NCBI GenBank assembly: GCA_951406725.2
Contig: OX597814.1
Span: 108,562,001-108,626,000 of the forward strand
From: Octopus vulgaris
Taxonomy: Eukaryota
Reading direction: 5' to 3'
Length of the DNA stretch: 64,000 nt
Shown: positions 1-10,108 of the stretch, piece by piece
How the letters are laid out: each line of letters opens with the position of its first letter
Position numbering within the stretch: the first letter of the stretch is position 1
Position numbers and translations under genes: made by a program
The notes under the pieces: generated by a model
What the model saw: the letters and a program-made list of their open reading frames with translations, nothing else
Told to the model about the DNA's origin: nothing
Database searches by the model: none

Positions 1-11
1 CGAAGAAGATA

Positions 12-1112
12 GTGTCTCGAGACGGGTACAAGATTAAACTAAACCAGATGAAAGAATCTCTCGAAGAGATAGAGAAGAGAACGGTAATATTCAAAACATA
101 CCGTAACATAGAAAGGAAAATAGACTTTTCGTCGGAAAAGGAAGTGGAGGCGTGCCTACTACCCATCTGGGATAAAATCACATTTTTAACCAGGGGTAAG
201 AGGTACGGAACTGTGGAAACTAGGTTCAAGACAGAAGAAGAAGCGAGGGAACATTCAATGAAGCCCCTAAAAACAGGCACAATAACCCTTCTGCCTATCT
301 ATAGAGGAAGGCGTATTTCAAAAGTTACGGTTGCCAACATACCGCCGGAGATCGAGCCCGAACTGATAGTGGCTGGAGTCACTGCAGGACTGGAAGACCA
401 AATGGAAGTGCGTGATGCCACGGTGGTAGAAGCCAAAAAGTGGCATGGACAGAAAGTACAAATTATTGTACAGGCAGAGCAGGCCGCCTTGGAAGAGATA
501 GGCGAGGTCATTGAAATAGGAGAGAGCCGGATGGCAGTAATGGTGGAGGGCCGGAAGCCCAGGTGTTTCACCTGTGGCAAGAAGGGCCACATCAAAAAGG
601 ACTGTAAGCCGGCGGAGAAGGAAAAAAGCGTACCCACAAAACCAAGTGCTCAAGTGGCGGCTGCAGAGACGACAGCCGCAACAGAAGTAGGGGAGGGGTG
701 GTCACAGGTTGCTGCGACAAAACGAAAGCACAACAACCCCTCCCCGGAGAAAATTATAAGCAAAGAGAAGAGAGAAGTAAAGAAGGCGAAGAAGCCGGAG
801 AGGGAGAACAGGGTGTATGTGGCGATGAATACCGCAAACAGAGAAGTGGTACGCAGAGTGGAGACTCAACACGTCGAGGAGGTGGAGATGGAAGCGAAAG
901 GTGGAGGCTGGAGATGCTACGTGATGGGACTGAAAGGGTTCAACACGTATGCAAACGACTTTAGAAAAGACGTAGGCACACCCAGAATGAGCAAGGAGGA
1001 TGCCCTGAAGGACGCAGAAAGAAAGAACAACAACAACGCGCCGAGTCCACGTTCATCTGAGGCAGAAGAGACGGGTCCCCCCCGCCGGCCGGACCCAGAG
1101 GAAATAAGGTAG
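12..1112 (+). CDS. Element A ORF1, gag-like nucleic-acid-binding protein with CCHC knuckle (N-terminus probably upstream of the window)
   Basis: VEGRKPRCFTCGKKGHIKKDC (CX2CX4HX4C); the frame is open back to the window start; homologous to the other ORF1s in the array. Confidence 0.88.
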   Translation: MSRDGYKIKLNQMKESLEEIEKRTVIFKTYRNIERKIDFSSEKEVEACLLPIWDKITFLTRGKRYGTVETRFKTEEEAREHSMKPLKTGTITLLPIYRGRRISKVTVANIPPEIEPELIVAGVTAGLEDQMEVRDATVVEAKKWHGQKVQIIVQAEQAALEEIGEVIEIGESRMAVMVEGRKPRCFTCGKKGHIKKDCKPAEKEKSVPTKPSAQVAAAETTAATEVGEGWSQVAATKRKHNNPSPEKIISKEKREVKKAKKPERENRVYVAMNTANREVVRRVETQHVEEVEMEAKGGGWRCYVMGLKGFNTYANDFRKDVGTPRMSKEDALKDAERKNNNNAPSPRSSEAEETGPPRRPDPEEIR

Positions 1113-1119
1113 GCAAACT

Positions 1120-4100
1120 ATGGCTGTTTACGTTGGATGCATAAATGTGCGCGTCCTGGTAGCGAACTGGAAACAAGGTCGTTTTCTAAACGATATCAGG
1201 GCGCGGAACTTAAATGTAATTGTCGCTACTGAGACACGAATCGAAGGGCCAAGAGATCTACTCCCGCTCATGGAAGGCTACGAGAAATTTATTTCTCCTG
1301 GACGGCATGTGGGCGGGAGTGGGGTGTTGGTTCTGCTTAAAAAAGATAGTGTCGCAGAGAAAAAGTTGATTTTTTCTGATTCAGAAGGTAGGCTGGTCGT
1401 CTTAGATCTGACGTTCAGTTGTGGTAAAGAAATCAGGCTGGTGGCGGTGTATGCACCTAATACGGGTCAGACTGATTTTTATCGAGGCTTGGAGAAGTTT
1501 CTTGGCACGTCGAAATCCATAGTCATGTTAGGGGACTTTAATGCCATATTCGACGCGCGCGTCGATGGCATTGGCTCGAAAGATAGGAAACCAAACACTG
1601 GCTTCCGGGATCTACTGAGTCACTTTCAGCTGGTAGATCCCTACAGACTTGAATTCCCGAACGCTCCACAGTGGACGTGGCTAAGTGGCGACGGGTCTAT
1701 CGGGTCTTACATAGACAGAATTTTTATTAGAAAAATAGATAAAGGATTAGTTAAGTGTCCACAGTTTCACACGGTCAGTTACAGCGATCACAGGATGGTC
1801 ACTGGCGAACTGAACCTAGATAAGTTAGGTAGTAGGGGATCCGGCTACTGGAAACTCAATAAGTCCCTCCTGGCTATGGAGGAGTACAGAAAGCGGATCG
1901 AGTTAGTAGTGAAGAGGGCGTTAACCGGTTCCATTATTAACAACAAATGGTGGTACGCCCTCAAAAGAGCCATAAAATACGAGTCCGTTAGATACAGCAT
2001 AGGTCTAGCAACTAGCGGGCGTAAGAAAGAGATGGGGCTAGTTAAGGCCTTAGAGGAAGCCATGAGAGCTGGCGATGGGGCCCAGGTTAGGCTGAAGAGA
2101 CTGGAGTTGAACCAGCACCTCGAAGCCCAACATATGGGTTGTATCGTCAGAGCTAGAATTCGCGCAATGGGGTGCGAGGGTATCAGGGCTGCCGGATGGG
2201 CACGAGTTGTGGAGGCTCAACGTGGAAACGATTCCACAATTAAGTCTGTGACGAATGGGCGAGGTGATGTGATCACCGAACCAGAGGAGATGTGTCGGAC
2301 GTTTCAGGAGCACTTCGCTCGGCTCTTTGGGGGCGACGGCGGACCGGAGGAGAGGGTGGACCTAACGGACATCCTCGCCGGGCTGCCGCGCCTCTCGGGG
2401 CAGGATGCGGAGAGCTGTGAAGCGTTGATCTCGCCTGAGGAGATAGCTGAGGTCCTGGCCGACTGCGGTGAAAGCAAGGCGCCGGGGATCGATGGTTTAC
2501 CTTACGAACTATATAAAAGAATGCCAGACTTGTTCGGGAACGTGCTGGCCGGCGTTTTCACGAACTGGCGGCAGAATGGGTTCATTCCCAGATCTGTACG
2601 TCGGGGAGTGGTGACGCTGATCAGAAAGGACCCGAGCAAGGGGGATAACATAGACAATTTTCGGCCCATCACTCTGCTAAATACAGAGGTGAAGATTTTG
2701 GCCAAGGTGTTAGCGAAAAGGTTGACGCGTGTCGCGGGTGGTCTGATCGGGAAGGCACAAACTTGTGCGGTCCCAGGAAGAACCATCCAGGACAATCTTC
2801 ACCTAGTACGCTACACAATAGAGAGGTTTGGGAATGACTCTGGCAAGGGTGGGGCATTGGTCCATTTAGACCAGAGTAAAGCGTTTGATAGGGTGAACCA
2901 TCGGTACCTGGTGTCCGTGCTGGCGCAGTTCGGTCTGGGCATTGGCTTCCTCAGGTGGATCATACAATTGTACGATAACATCGACTCGATCGTTCGGGTG
3001 AATGGCTTCCTCTCGAGGCCGTTCCGCATCAAACAGTCTGTTCGTCAAGGGTGTCCGCTCTCCCCGATTTTGTATGTGATGGCTCTTGAGCCATTGCTGC
3101 GAAAGCTGAGCGCCATCCCGATGAATCCAGGAGGTGGAGGATCTGTGACATCGTATGCGGACGACATCACCATCATCGTGACCGAGGTGGAACTCCTGCG
3201 TAGTGTGGGAGATGCCATCAAGGCTTACGAGACGGTGACAGGAGCAAAGATTAACCGGGAAAAATCGGTCGGCTTGCAACTCGGCACCTGGAGGGGCAAG
3301 TCGATGCCTTCGAATAGCATCGTGGGATGCTGGACGGAGGGCCCGGTTAAGCTGCTAGGGATCTGGTTTGGTCCAGGTCTCCAGATAGAAAAGAACTGGT
3401 CTGAGGTGTCGGGCAAGGTGGCTCACGCGGTCGGGACTTGGTCCGGACGGTGGCTGTCCTTGAAAGGGAGGGCGGAGGTGGCCAATGTGTTTTTAGCATC
3501 GGTCATCACCTACCGCCTGACCGCCGTCCCTTGTCCGGATTCGTGGTTGAGCAAGTTGGAGAGACAGATCTTCCACTTTTTGTGGAAGGGAAGTGTTCCT
3601 CTTGTAAGACGTTCTATCTGCTGTCAGAAACCGTTAAAGGGTGGCTTGGGGATGCCTTGGCTGATGATGCGCAGAGATGCGCTGAGGTTAAGGCACCTTT
3701 GGCTCTACCTGGATGGTGAACGGGTGTGGTCCCCGCTTGCGAAGCAGATGTTCCCCAGCTTTGTCAGTTTCGGTGGCAGAGAAACCTGGTTTCGTCGCAA
3801 ACTTAGATCGAGCATGTGGTATTCGGAGTGCCATAAGGCACTCTGCCACTTCCGCAAGTCGGGCAATGCCGGCGGCTTTGGTACCACCGCAGCTTTTTAT
3901 AGCAGGTTGGTAGAGGCCGGAAATGACGATGCCTTGGGAAGGACCTTGGGCCTCGATAGAAATCAGTTGGACAGCCTGTTCCGAAGGACGTTCGGGCCGA
4001 AGACATTGGATAACTTCCAGAAGTCTTTGACCTGGCAATGTTTCAGAGGAGCTTTACCCGTTCGGGATAAACTCACAAGGCATGGTTGGAGTGGACCATC

Positions 4101-4506
4101 GAACTGCCCAAGATGCGAGCGGGATCTGGAAACAGTCTCGCACGCTATTGTTCAGTGTCCGAAAGTCTCGGACGTGTGGGTATATGTCGAACACCTGTTG
4201 TCGGACGGAAGAAGAGTACAGCTATCGGCTGAGACAATTATAAAAATTGACTCGCCTAGCTTTTTGACAAGTGAAGGTAAGCATTGCTTTCTCAGTACAG
4301 TAGCAGTAGCGAAAGAGTGTATATGGAAGACTAGAATGAAAGCGGTAAAGACAGGCACCGTGATCTCTGGCTCCGCCTTGGTGACCTATTTCAGGTTCCA
4401 CCTAAAAAGAAAGGTGGAGTTGGAGAAGAGGTGTCTGTCTGCGTGTGAGTTCGATAAAATATGGAAGCGTGTGACACGGTTGCTGCGAGTGAGAGGAGCC
4501 ACGTAA
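1120..4506 (+). CDS. Element A ORF2: apurinic-like endonuclease + reverse transcriptase + C-terminal zinc finger
   Basis: APE motifs CINVR, ATET, AVYAP, LGDFN, IDRIF, SDH; GSGYWKLN; RT motifs KAPGIDG, FRPITLLN, DQSKAFDRV, QGCPLSP, YADD; CPRC..ETVSHAIVQC; uninterrupted. Confidence 0.95.
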   Translation: MAVYVGCINVRVLVANWKQGRFLNDIRARNLNVIVATETRIEGPRDLLPLMEGYEKFISPGRHVGGSGVLVLLKKDSVAEKKLIFSDSEGRLVVLDLTFSCGKEIRLVAVYAPNTGQTDFYRGLEKFLGTSKSIVMLGDFNAIFDARVDGIGSKDRKPNTGFRDLLSHFQLVDPYRLEFPNAPQWTWLSGDGSIGSYIDRIFIRKIDKGLVKCPQFHTVSYSDHRMVTGELNLDKLGSRGSGYWKLNKSLLAMEEYRKRIELVVKRALTGSIINNKWWYALKRAIKYESVRYSIGLATSGRKKEMGLVKALEEAMRAGDGAQVRLKRLELNQHLEAQHMGCIVRARIRAMGCEGIRAAGWARVVEAQRGNDSTIKSVTNGRGDVITEPEEMCRTFQEHFARLFGGDGGPEERVDLTDILAGLPRLSGQDAESCEALISPEEIAEVLADCGESKAPGIDGLPYELYKRMPDLFGNVLAGVFTNWRQNGFIPRSVRRGVVTLIRKDPSKGDNIDNFRPITLLNTEVKILAKVLAKRLTRVAGGLIGKAQTCAVPGRTIQDNLHLVRYTIERFGNDSGKGGALVHLDQSKAFDRVNHRYLVSVLAQFGLGIGFLRWIIQLYDNIDSIVRVNGFLSRPFRIKQSVRQGCPLSPILYVMALEPLLRKLSAIPMNPGGGGSVTSYADDITIIVTEVELLRSVGDAIKAYETVTGAKINREKSVGLQLGTWRGKSMPSNSIVGCWTEGPVKLLGIWFGPGLQIEKNWSEVSGKVAHAVGTWSGRWLSLKGRAEVANVFLASVITYRLTAVPCPDSWLSKLERQIFHFLWKGSVPLVRRSICCQKPLKGGLGMPWLMMRRDALRLRHLWLYLDGERVWSPLAKQMFPSFVSFGGRETWFRRKLRSSMWYSECHKALCHFRKSGNAGGFGTTAAFYSRLVEAGNDDALGRTLGLDRNQLDSLFRRTFGPKTLDNFQKSLTWQCFRGALPVRDKLTRHGWSGPSNCPRCERDLETVSHAIVQCPKVSDVWVYVEHLLSDGRRVQLSAETIIKIDSPSFLTSEGKHCFLSTVAVAKECIWKTRMKAVKTGTVISGSALVTYFRFHLKRKVELEKRCLSACEFDKIWKRVTRLLRVRGAT

Positions 4507-4759
4507 ACATGCTGTAGGTTGGCTGCCGAGTTTCGGTGGGAATAGCAGGGCTCGTGGGGTCGGCAATCCTGGTGTTCCCGCTTCATGTGTTACCTTTATG
4601 TTGTGTTGTTGTTGTATATCATTCGATTTATCCGATTTTTTGTAATTTAAAAAAAAAAAAAAAAAGTTCATTTTTCTGTAAATACCATATGTGTCTCATG
4701 ACCCCAAATCATGATGTATTGTCCCATTCTTCGTTGGCCCCTTGTGGGTAATAAAGAAA

Positions 4760-6413
4760 TCGCGTTTTTTTTGCGCTCTGTAAAATTCGGTAAAAAGAAA
4801 AAAGAACAAAAAGTGAATGGTTGTTGGTGTAAAATTTTGAACATAGTTAATGCGGTTTCGCGTCTCACTGGTTCTGCGCGTTACACTTTTTCGGTTCGGG
4901 AGGCCGTTTTTCGGTCTGAGGCGACTATGAGCCGCCTCCATCAAGCGGAGGAGATGGAAGGGAGAATTTACTCTGAAATTTCGACGGAAGTATCGACATC
5001 TGAGGAGGAGTTGGCGGTGAAAAAGATGGAAGGCACCTACGCAGGTGTAACGAAGAAGTCAACGGAAAGAGAGATAGACCTGGCTAAGTTGGCGGGCCTC
5101 CAGGAGTTTGTGAAGGAGGACGAGAACGGTGAAGTTGAGCTGCTGCCTCCAGTAGGGCGCGGAGACTGGTTCCATCGTAGAACCATTAAATATAAAGTAT
5201 TTATGAATGGAGGTAGAAAGATGGAAGTAATTAACATGGAAGCAATTGAAGAGGCTCTCAAACAGACAGGAGAAGAAATTGTGTACATGACAAAAGGATT
5301 ACAATATGGAACCATAACGGTGCAATTTAAAAGTGAAAAGCAGCCAGGAATGTAGCAGCCAAGGTGGTGAGTACAGAAAAGATTTACTTGTTACCCTCGT
5401 ATCTGAATAGGCGGGACAACCAGAATTAGGGTGGAGGAATACCTCCACACCTAGAGGGCGAATTAATAACGGCTGCGGTTATAAAAGGAAATGAAGATAA
5501 AGTGGACATCCTCCACGCCATTATGAAATATGAAGGCGTGAGAGGTGCCACACTAGTTATGAACATTCAGCGGAGGCGGATGTTATAGAGAGGATTACGG
5601 ACAGTATAAAAACTGGAAATATTATTATGAGAGTGTGGGTGGAGGGTAGGGCGCCCAGGTGCTACAAGTGTGGCCAAAGGGGTCACATAAGAGCCTACTG
5701 CCCTCCCCCACCAAAGGAAAAAGAAAAGGAAAGCGTTGAGGAAGCCTCAGGAGAGGAAGAAAATAAACAGAAACAAACAGAGAAGGAAACGACAGAAGAA
5801 GAGGAGATGCAACAAGAGTGGAAAGAAGGGGGAACAAAGAGAAAAAGAAGGAAAAAGAAAAACTGTGCGAAGCCCCAACCCACCCCGACACCACCCATAC
5901 CCTTGGAGTCCCATCCTTCCCCTGCAAACAGTGATTCCACCCACTCCCCGCCTACAAGAAAAACAAAAACAGACACACAGAGCAAAGAAAGTCCCAAGAC
6001 CCATTTTTTATGTGTTATACATGGGAAAGACATACAAAACGTTAAAAAACGGGTGTTAACCAAGTGGTACGAACACGAAGATTGTAGCTACACGGCTGTG
6101 GATAGTGATGATACGGGTATATTGGCGAGAAGGTTTGAGGAAGAGGGTGTGTGTTGGAGGTCAGTGGAAATGAAAGATGAATGGATAGAGATGGCTAAAA
6201 GAAAAACGAATGTTGTGATAGGAAAAAAAGGAATACTAATTGGAAATGGGTGAAGAAGGACAGACAAGTGATGCTGGCGGATGGGGCCGTCGGTATCACT
6301 CTCATATATCATTTTCATATTCCATTTTGCTCATATATATGTAATTGTGATGTTCTATGTCCCCAATGTTTGTAACGTCCCCTCTATGTAGCCCCTAGTG
6401 GGTAATAAAGAAA
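4760..6413 (+). mobile_element. Element B: ORF1-only non-autonomous Tx1-like element
   Basis: Starts TCGCGTTTTTTTTGCGCTCTG like C; ORF1 homology only; ends GTCCCCTCTATGTAGCCCCTAGTGGGTAATAAAGAAA ~150 bp after ORF1. Confidence 0.85.
4927..6271 (+). pseudogene. Element B ORF1, split by several frameshifts (decay or assembly indels)
   Basis: Pieces 4927-5355 (TYAGVTKK, TKGLQYGTITVQFKSE) and 5627-6253 (VEGRAPRCYKCGQRGHIRAYC) are collinear with the C ORF1. Confidence 0.8.
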
Positions 6414-6431
6414 GAATGTAGAGAAAAAAGG

Positions 6432-8091
6432 TCGCGTTTTTTTGCGCTCTGTAAGATTCGGTAAAAAAGAACAAGGGGCGTTGTTGTTGTTGTGGAAATT
6501 CTGAACGGCGTTGACGCGGTTTCGCGTTTCGCTCGTTCAGCGCGTTACACTTTTTCTGTTTTGGCGGCCGTTCTCGGTCTGTCAGACAGAAGGAAATGGA
6601 CAACCCCAACCTGATGGGAGATACGGCTGCAGTTTTTGAGTCTTTAACAGACTTGTCTACGTCTGAGGAGGAGCTAGAAATAGCAGTGAGGAAAATGGAT
6701 CAGAAGCTGGGTTATACCTATGCCGGTGTAACCAAGAAGGCGGAAGAGAAAGGGGTCGACATGACCAAGTTGCCAAGTTACCAGAAATACATGAAAAAGG
6801 AAAGCGGTGAGGTGGAACTATCACCGACACCCAGGAGAAAAGAATGGTATGATAAGAGGACCATTGTTTACAGGGTGTTCGCAAACGAAAGGAAGAGGGT
6901 AGAAGTTGTAACCATGGAATGGATAGAGGAAGCCCTGCGAAGAACTGAGGAGGAAATAAATTTTCTGACTCGAGGATCCAAGTACGGTACCGTAGTTGTG
7001 CATTTCAAAACTGAGTCTGCAGCGAGGAAGATGGCGGCGAAGCCGGTGAAGTCAGAAAAGGTAACCCTATTACCTACGTATTTAAACAGGAAGATTACAC
7101 GAATAAGGGTGGAGGGAGTGCCACCAAACGTGGAGGCAGAATGGATTGTGGCGGCTGTGATCAGCGGCCACGAGGACGAAGTGGATATTCTCCATGCCTC
7201 GGTTAAGTCCGAGGGCTGGAGAGGCGTAACAGTGGAGCTGAACGTACAGGCAGAGACCGAGGTACTGGTGGACCTGACGGAAAGCATCAGACTGGGAGAC
7301 GTGGTCATGAGAGTGTGGGTGGAGGGCAGGGCTCCACGTTGTTACAAGTGTGGCCTGAGGGGTCACATAAGAGCCTTCTGCCCTCCCCCAGGGAAAGAAA
7401 TGGATTCCGAACCAGAGAGAGAGAAGCAGAAACCAGAGGAGAAGGAAACAAAGGAAGAGAATACACAGAAATGGAAGGAAGCTGGAAGTAAGAGGAAGAG
7501 AAGAATATGTGGAAAAAAAGAAAATAATATGGAACTCCAATCTACCCCAAAACCTCCCACACCCTCTGAGTCTCACCCTATCCATGCAGACATTGAACCC
7601 ACCCGCTCCCCCCCCAACAAGAAAACAAAAGAAAAAAAGAATACACACACACAAGAGATTGAAATCGAACCCAGGCCGTACATTTGTACTATGACTGAAC
7701 AGAAAGAAGTTAAAAGTCTAATGGAAGAGTATAAATGGTATGATGTTGGAGAGACTAGGTATGCTGTGATTGAAAAGAAGAACATAGGTGAGTTTATGGG
7801 GGGAGGTGAAAGATATAAGAATGAGCGATGAATTCGTGGAAAATATGAATGAGTATTTCGGAGTAAGAATGGATATGGAATTTATTCGTATTGGCAAAGA
7901 ACATTCAAGTGACTATGAAAAACAAAGGACAGGTAAGTGATGCTGACGGACGGGGCCGTTGGTATCGCTTTCATTTTATCATTTTTTTCGTTTAACAATT
8001 CATTTTCATAAAGTTTAATTATAATGTTCTATGTCCCCATGTTTTGTTATGTCCGCCATTCTTCGTAGCCCCTTAGTGGGTAATAAAGAAA
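6432..8091 (+). mobile_element. Element C: ORF1-only non-autonomous Tx1-like element
   Basis: 5' ~130 bp similar to B; single ORF1; ends GCCCCTTAGTGGGTAATAAAGAAA; no ORF2 sequence. Confidence 0.87.
6596..7831 (+). CDS. Element C ORF1 (411 aa; probably extends to TGA at 7940 if one G-run indel near 7800 is corrected)
   Basis: TRGSKYGTVVVHF, LLPTYLNRK, VEGRAPRCYKCGLRGHIRAFC; the alternative frame after the G run is open to ...RTGK*. Confidence 0.85.
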   Translation: MDNPNLMGDTAAVFESLTDLSTSEEELEIAVRKMDQKLGYTYAGVTKKAEEKGVDMTKLPSYQKYMKKESGEVELSPTPRRKEWYDKRTIVYRVFANERKRVEVVTMEWIEEALRRTEEEINFLTRGSKYGTVVVHFKTESAARKMAAKPVKSEKVTLLPTYLNRKITRIRVEGVPPNVEAEWIVAAVISGHEDEVDILHASVKSEGWRGVTVELNVQAETEVLVDLTESIRLGDVVMRVWVEGRAPRCYKCGLRGHIRAFCPPPGKEMDSEPEREKQKPEEKETKEENTQKWKEAGSKRKRRICGKKENNMELQSTPKPPTPSESHPIHADIEPTRSPPNKKTKEKKNTHTQEIEIEPRPYICTMTEQKEVKSLMEEYKWYDVGETRYAVIEKKNIGEFMGGGERYKNER

Positions 8092-8115
8092 TCAGATTTG
8101 AACATCTGGAGGAAA

Positions 8116-9885
8116 TCTATTTGCGTGTTGTTATCTGTGATTAGACGTTGAAATTTTGTTGTGTAAAGTGATTAATATCGCGCGAGGCGTTTGCCTCCAC
8201 GTGTGGAAACCTTCCGAAGAAGGTGAATTGACCCTCTAGTCATGGCGACTTACGCGGGGGTCACGGGAAAGAAAAATAATGATTCGTCGATAATCGTGAA
8301 GGATGTTTTCTTTGAGAAGAGTAAACTCAAAGAATATGAAAAGCTATTCAAAAGGGAGGGTGATAGCGTGAAGCTAATCCCCCCCGCGAAAGCAAAAGAG
8401 GACAAAGAAAACAAGACTGTAACATATAGAACACAAGACAAAAATACAAAGAAACTGGCAAGAGTGGAGATAGCAGAAATCGAAAAATGTCTGGGAGACA
8501 TAATGGGGAAATCGACCTACGTGAGTAGAGGCAAGAAATTTGGTACGGTGGAGGTGAGATGTGCAACGGAAGAAATTGCAGCCTCACTGGCTACCACTGT
8601 ACTAAGAGCGGAAACATTTATAATGTGGCCCTCATACAAGGGAAGAAGAGGGGTCCGGGTTAAAATCCCGAATATACCCCCAGAAGTAAAAACAGAATGG
8701 CTGGCAACAGCTATTCTAGGAGCAGCAGAAGAGGAAGTGGAGGTGGAATCCTTTAAGGAGTCCAACGCGATAAACTGGAGAGGATATGGGGTAGAACTGT
8801 GTTTGATGGCCACAAAAGAGGACATTGAAAGGTTCCCCTACAGAATAGAAATTGAAGATGAGAAAACCCTCAGTGTAATTGTAGAGGGAAGAAAGCCAAA
8901 CTGCTACTTGTGCGGGACAAGGGGGCACATTAAAAAAGAGTGCCCGTTATACGAATTCGTAGCGGAGTGCGAGCAGGAACTCGAAGAAAAGAAGAACACG
9001 GTAAATGAAAAAGAAAACATAGAAAAGGAAACAAAACAACAAGAGAAAGGAAATAATAAGTCAATGAAGGAAAAAGAAATAAAAGAAAAGAAAGAAATAG
9101 AACCAAAACAGAGTCAGGAAAAAAAAAGGAAAAAGAAACAACAGGAAAAAAACAAGAGAGAGATCAGAATCAAACGAAAAGAAAAGACGGCACACAAAAA
9201 GAAAAAGAAAAGGAACATAAAACACGAGAGAAAGAGAGAACAGACAAAGAACCAAAAAGACAAGAGAAGGAAGAGAAAGAAAAGAAGGCAAAAAGAGAGA
9301 AAGAGAGAAACAAAGAGAGGAGAACAAGGAAGAAATAAGCCCGAAAAGAAAAATGAAGGGAAAACGTAGGACGGAAACAAGATTACTGCTTCTACAAGTT
9401 AGTAACCTTCCATTTCTGCCCTGAAATGAAGAATTGACAAGTAATACGGAGGGACATGTGTGGGTCAACAGGATGACCGATCAGTGGCAGGAGACTGCTC
9501 TAATCCCCGAAGAAAGAGTCGCTGAGTTCCTCAGAGCTGCCGGTGAGAGTGTAACATTTTACACGAGTGTTCGAGTGAGAGAGCGGCTGCCTGAGGGCTC
9601 AGTGATAGACTTTAGAGAATTGAAAACTATCATGGAATATGTATAGAACTGTGAGAAGAGAGAGAAGAAAGAAGAGAAAAAAAAAAATATTGTGAAATAT
9701 ATGTGACGAAAATGTAACCTCTCGATTCCGGGGATCGAGTGGGCATTTACATCTCATTGTAAATATTCTTTCATATGTCATTTTTTACTTTTATTTTTTC
9801 CTTTTCTTGTCATTCGCTTTCTTATTTTAAGTTCCCCGATTGTATTGTCCCCTCTATGTTCGCCCCTTGTGGGTAATAATAAAAT
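8116..9885 (+). mobile_element. Element D: ORF1-only non-autonomous Tx1-like element with target-site duplication
   Basis: Flanked by CATCTGGAGGAAA at 8103-8115 and 9886-9898; ends GTCCCCTCTATGTTCGCCCCTTGTGGGTAATAATAAAA. Confidence 0.88.
8242..9369 (+). CDS. Element D ORF1 (C-terminus probably frameshifted in the A-rich tract; may continue to ~9646)
   Basis: MATYAGVT, SRGKKFGTVEVR, PSYKGRR, PNIPPE, VEGRKPNCYLCGTRGHIKKEC. Confidence 0.83.
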   Translation: MATYAGVTGKKNNDSSIIVKDVFFEKSKLKEYEKLFKREGDSVKLIPPAKAKEDKENKTVTYRTQDKNTKKLARVEIAEIEKCLGDIMGKSTYVSRGKKFGTVEVRCATEEIAASLATTVLRAETFIMWPSYKGRRGVRVKIPNIPPEVKTEWLATAILGAAEEEVEVESFKESNAINWRGYGVELCLMATKEDIERFPYRIEIEDEKTLSVIVEGRKPNCYLCGTRGHIKKECPLYEFVAECEQELEEKKNTVNEKENIEKETKQQEKGNNKSMKEKEIKEKKEIEPKQSQEKKRKKKQQEKNKREIRIKRKEKTAHKKKKKRNIKHERKREQTKNQKDKRRKRKKRRQKERKRETKRGEQGRNKPEKKNEGKT

Positions 9886-10108
9886 CATCTGGAGGAAATC
9901 AATTTTTTGCGTGTATAGTAAGTTATTATATTGTGTATATTTTCTCCATTGTGATCTACTGTGTGTCTAGCTGTCTTTCTGTGTTGTTGTAAAACTATTG
10001 AAGTCGGCCTTCGTGCGAGGGCTTCGTGTTGGTGTTTCCCCCTCCGTGGGGGAAAAAACTATCATTATCTTGGGTGTGCCAAGGGCTTGTTAAAGCCAGT
10101 TATCGGAG

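Larger units (their letters stand above)
1..4759 (+). mobile_element. Element A: autonomous-type Tx1/L1-group non-LTR retrotransposon (5' end outside window)
   Basis: ORF1 with zinc knuckle, then a 1128-aa APE-RT-zf ORF2, then a 3' UTR ending GCCCCTTGTGGGTAATAAAGAAA (to 4759). Confidence 0.93.

Noticed and set aside
4711-4926. N-terminal extension of the 214-aa ORF
   Set aside because: It runs across A's 3' tail and B's 5' UTR; homology starts near ATG 4927.
4760-9885. B-D as LTR-retrotransposon gag genes or host zinc-knuckle genes
   Set aside because: No LTRs, protease or integrase; they are homologous to ORF1 of the adjacent non-LTR elements and share their 3' tail.
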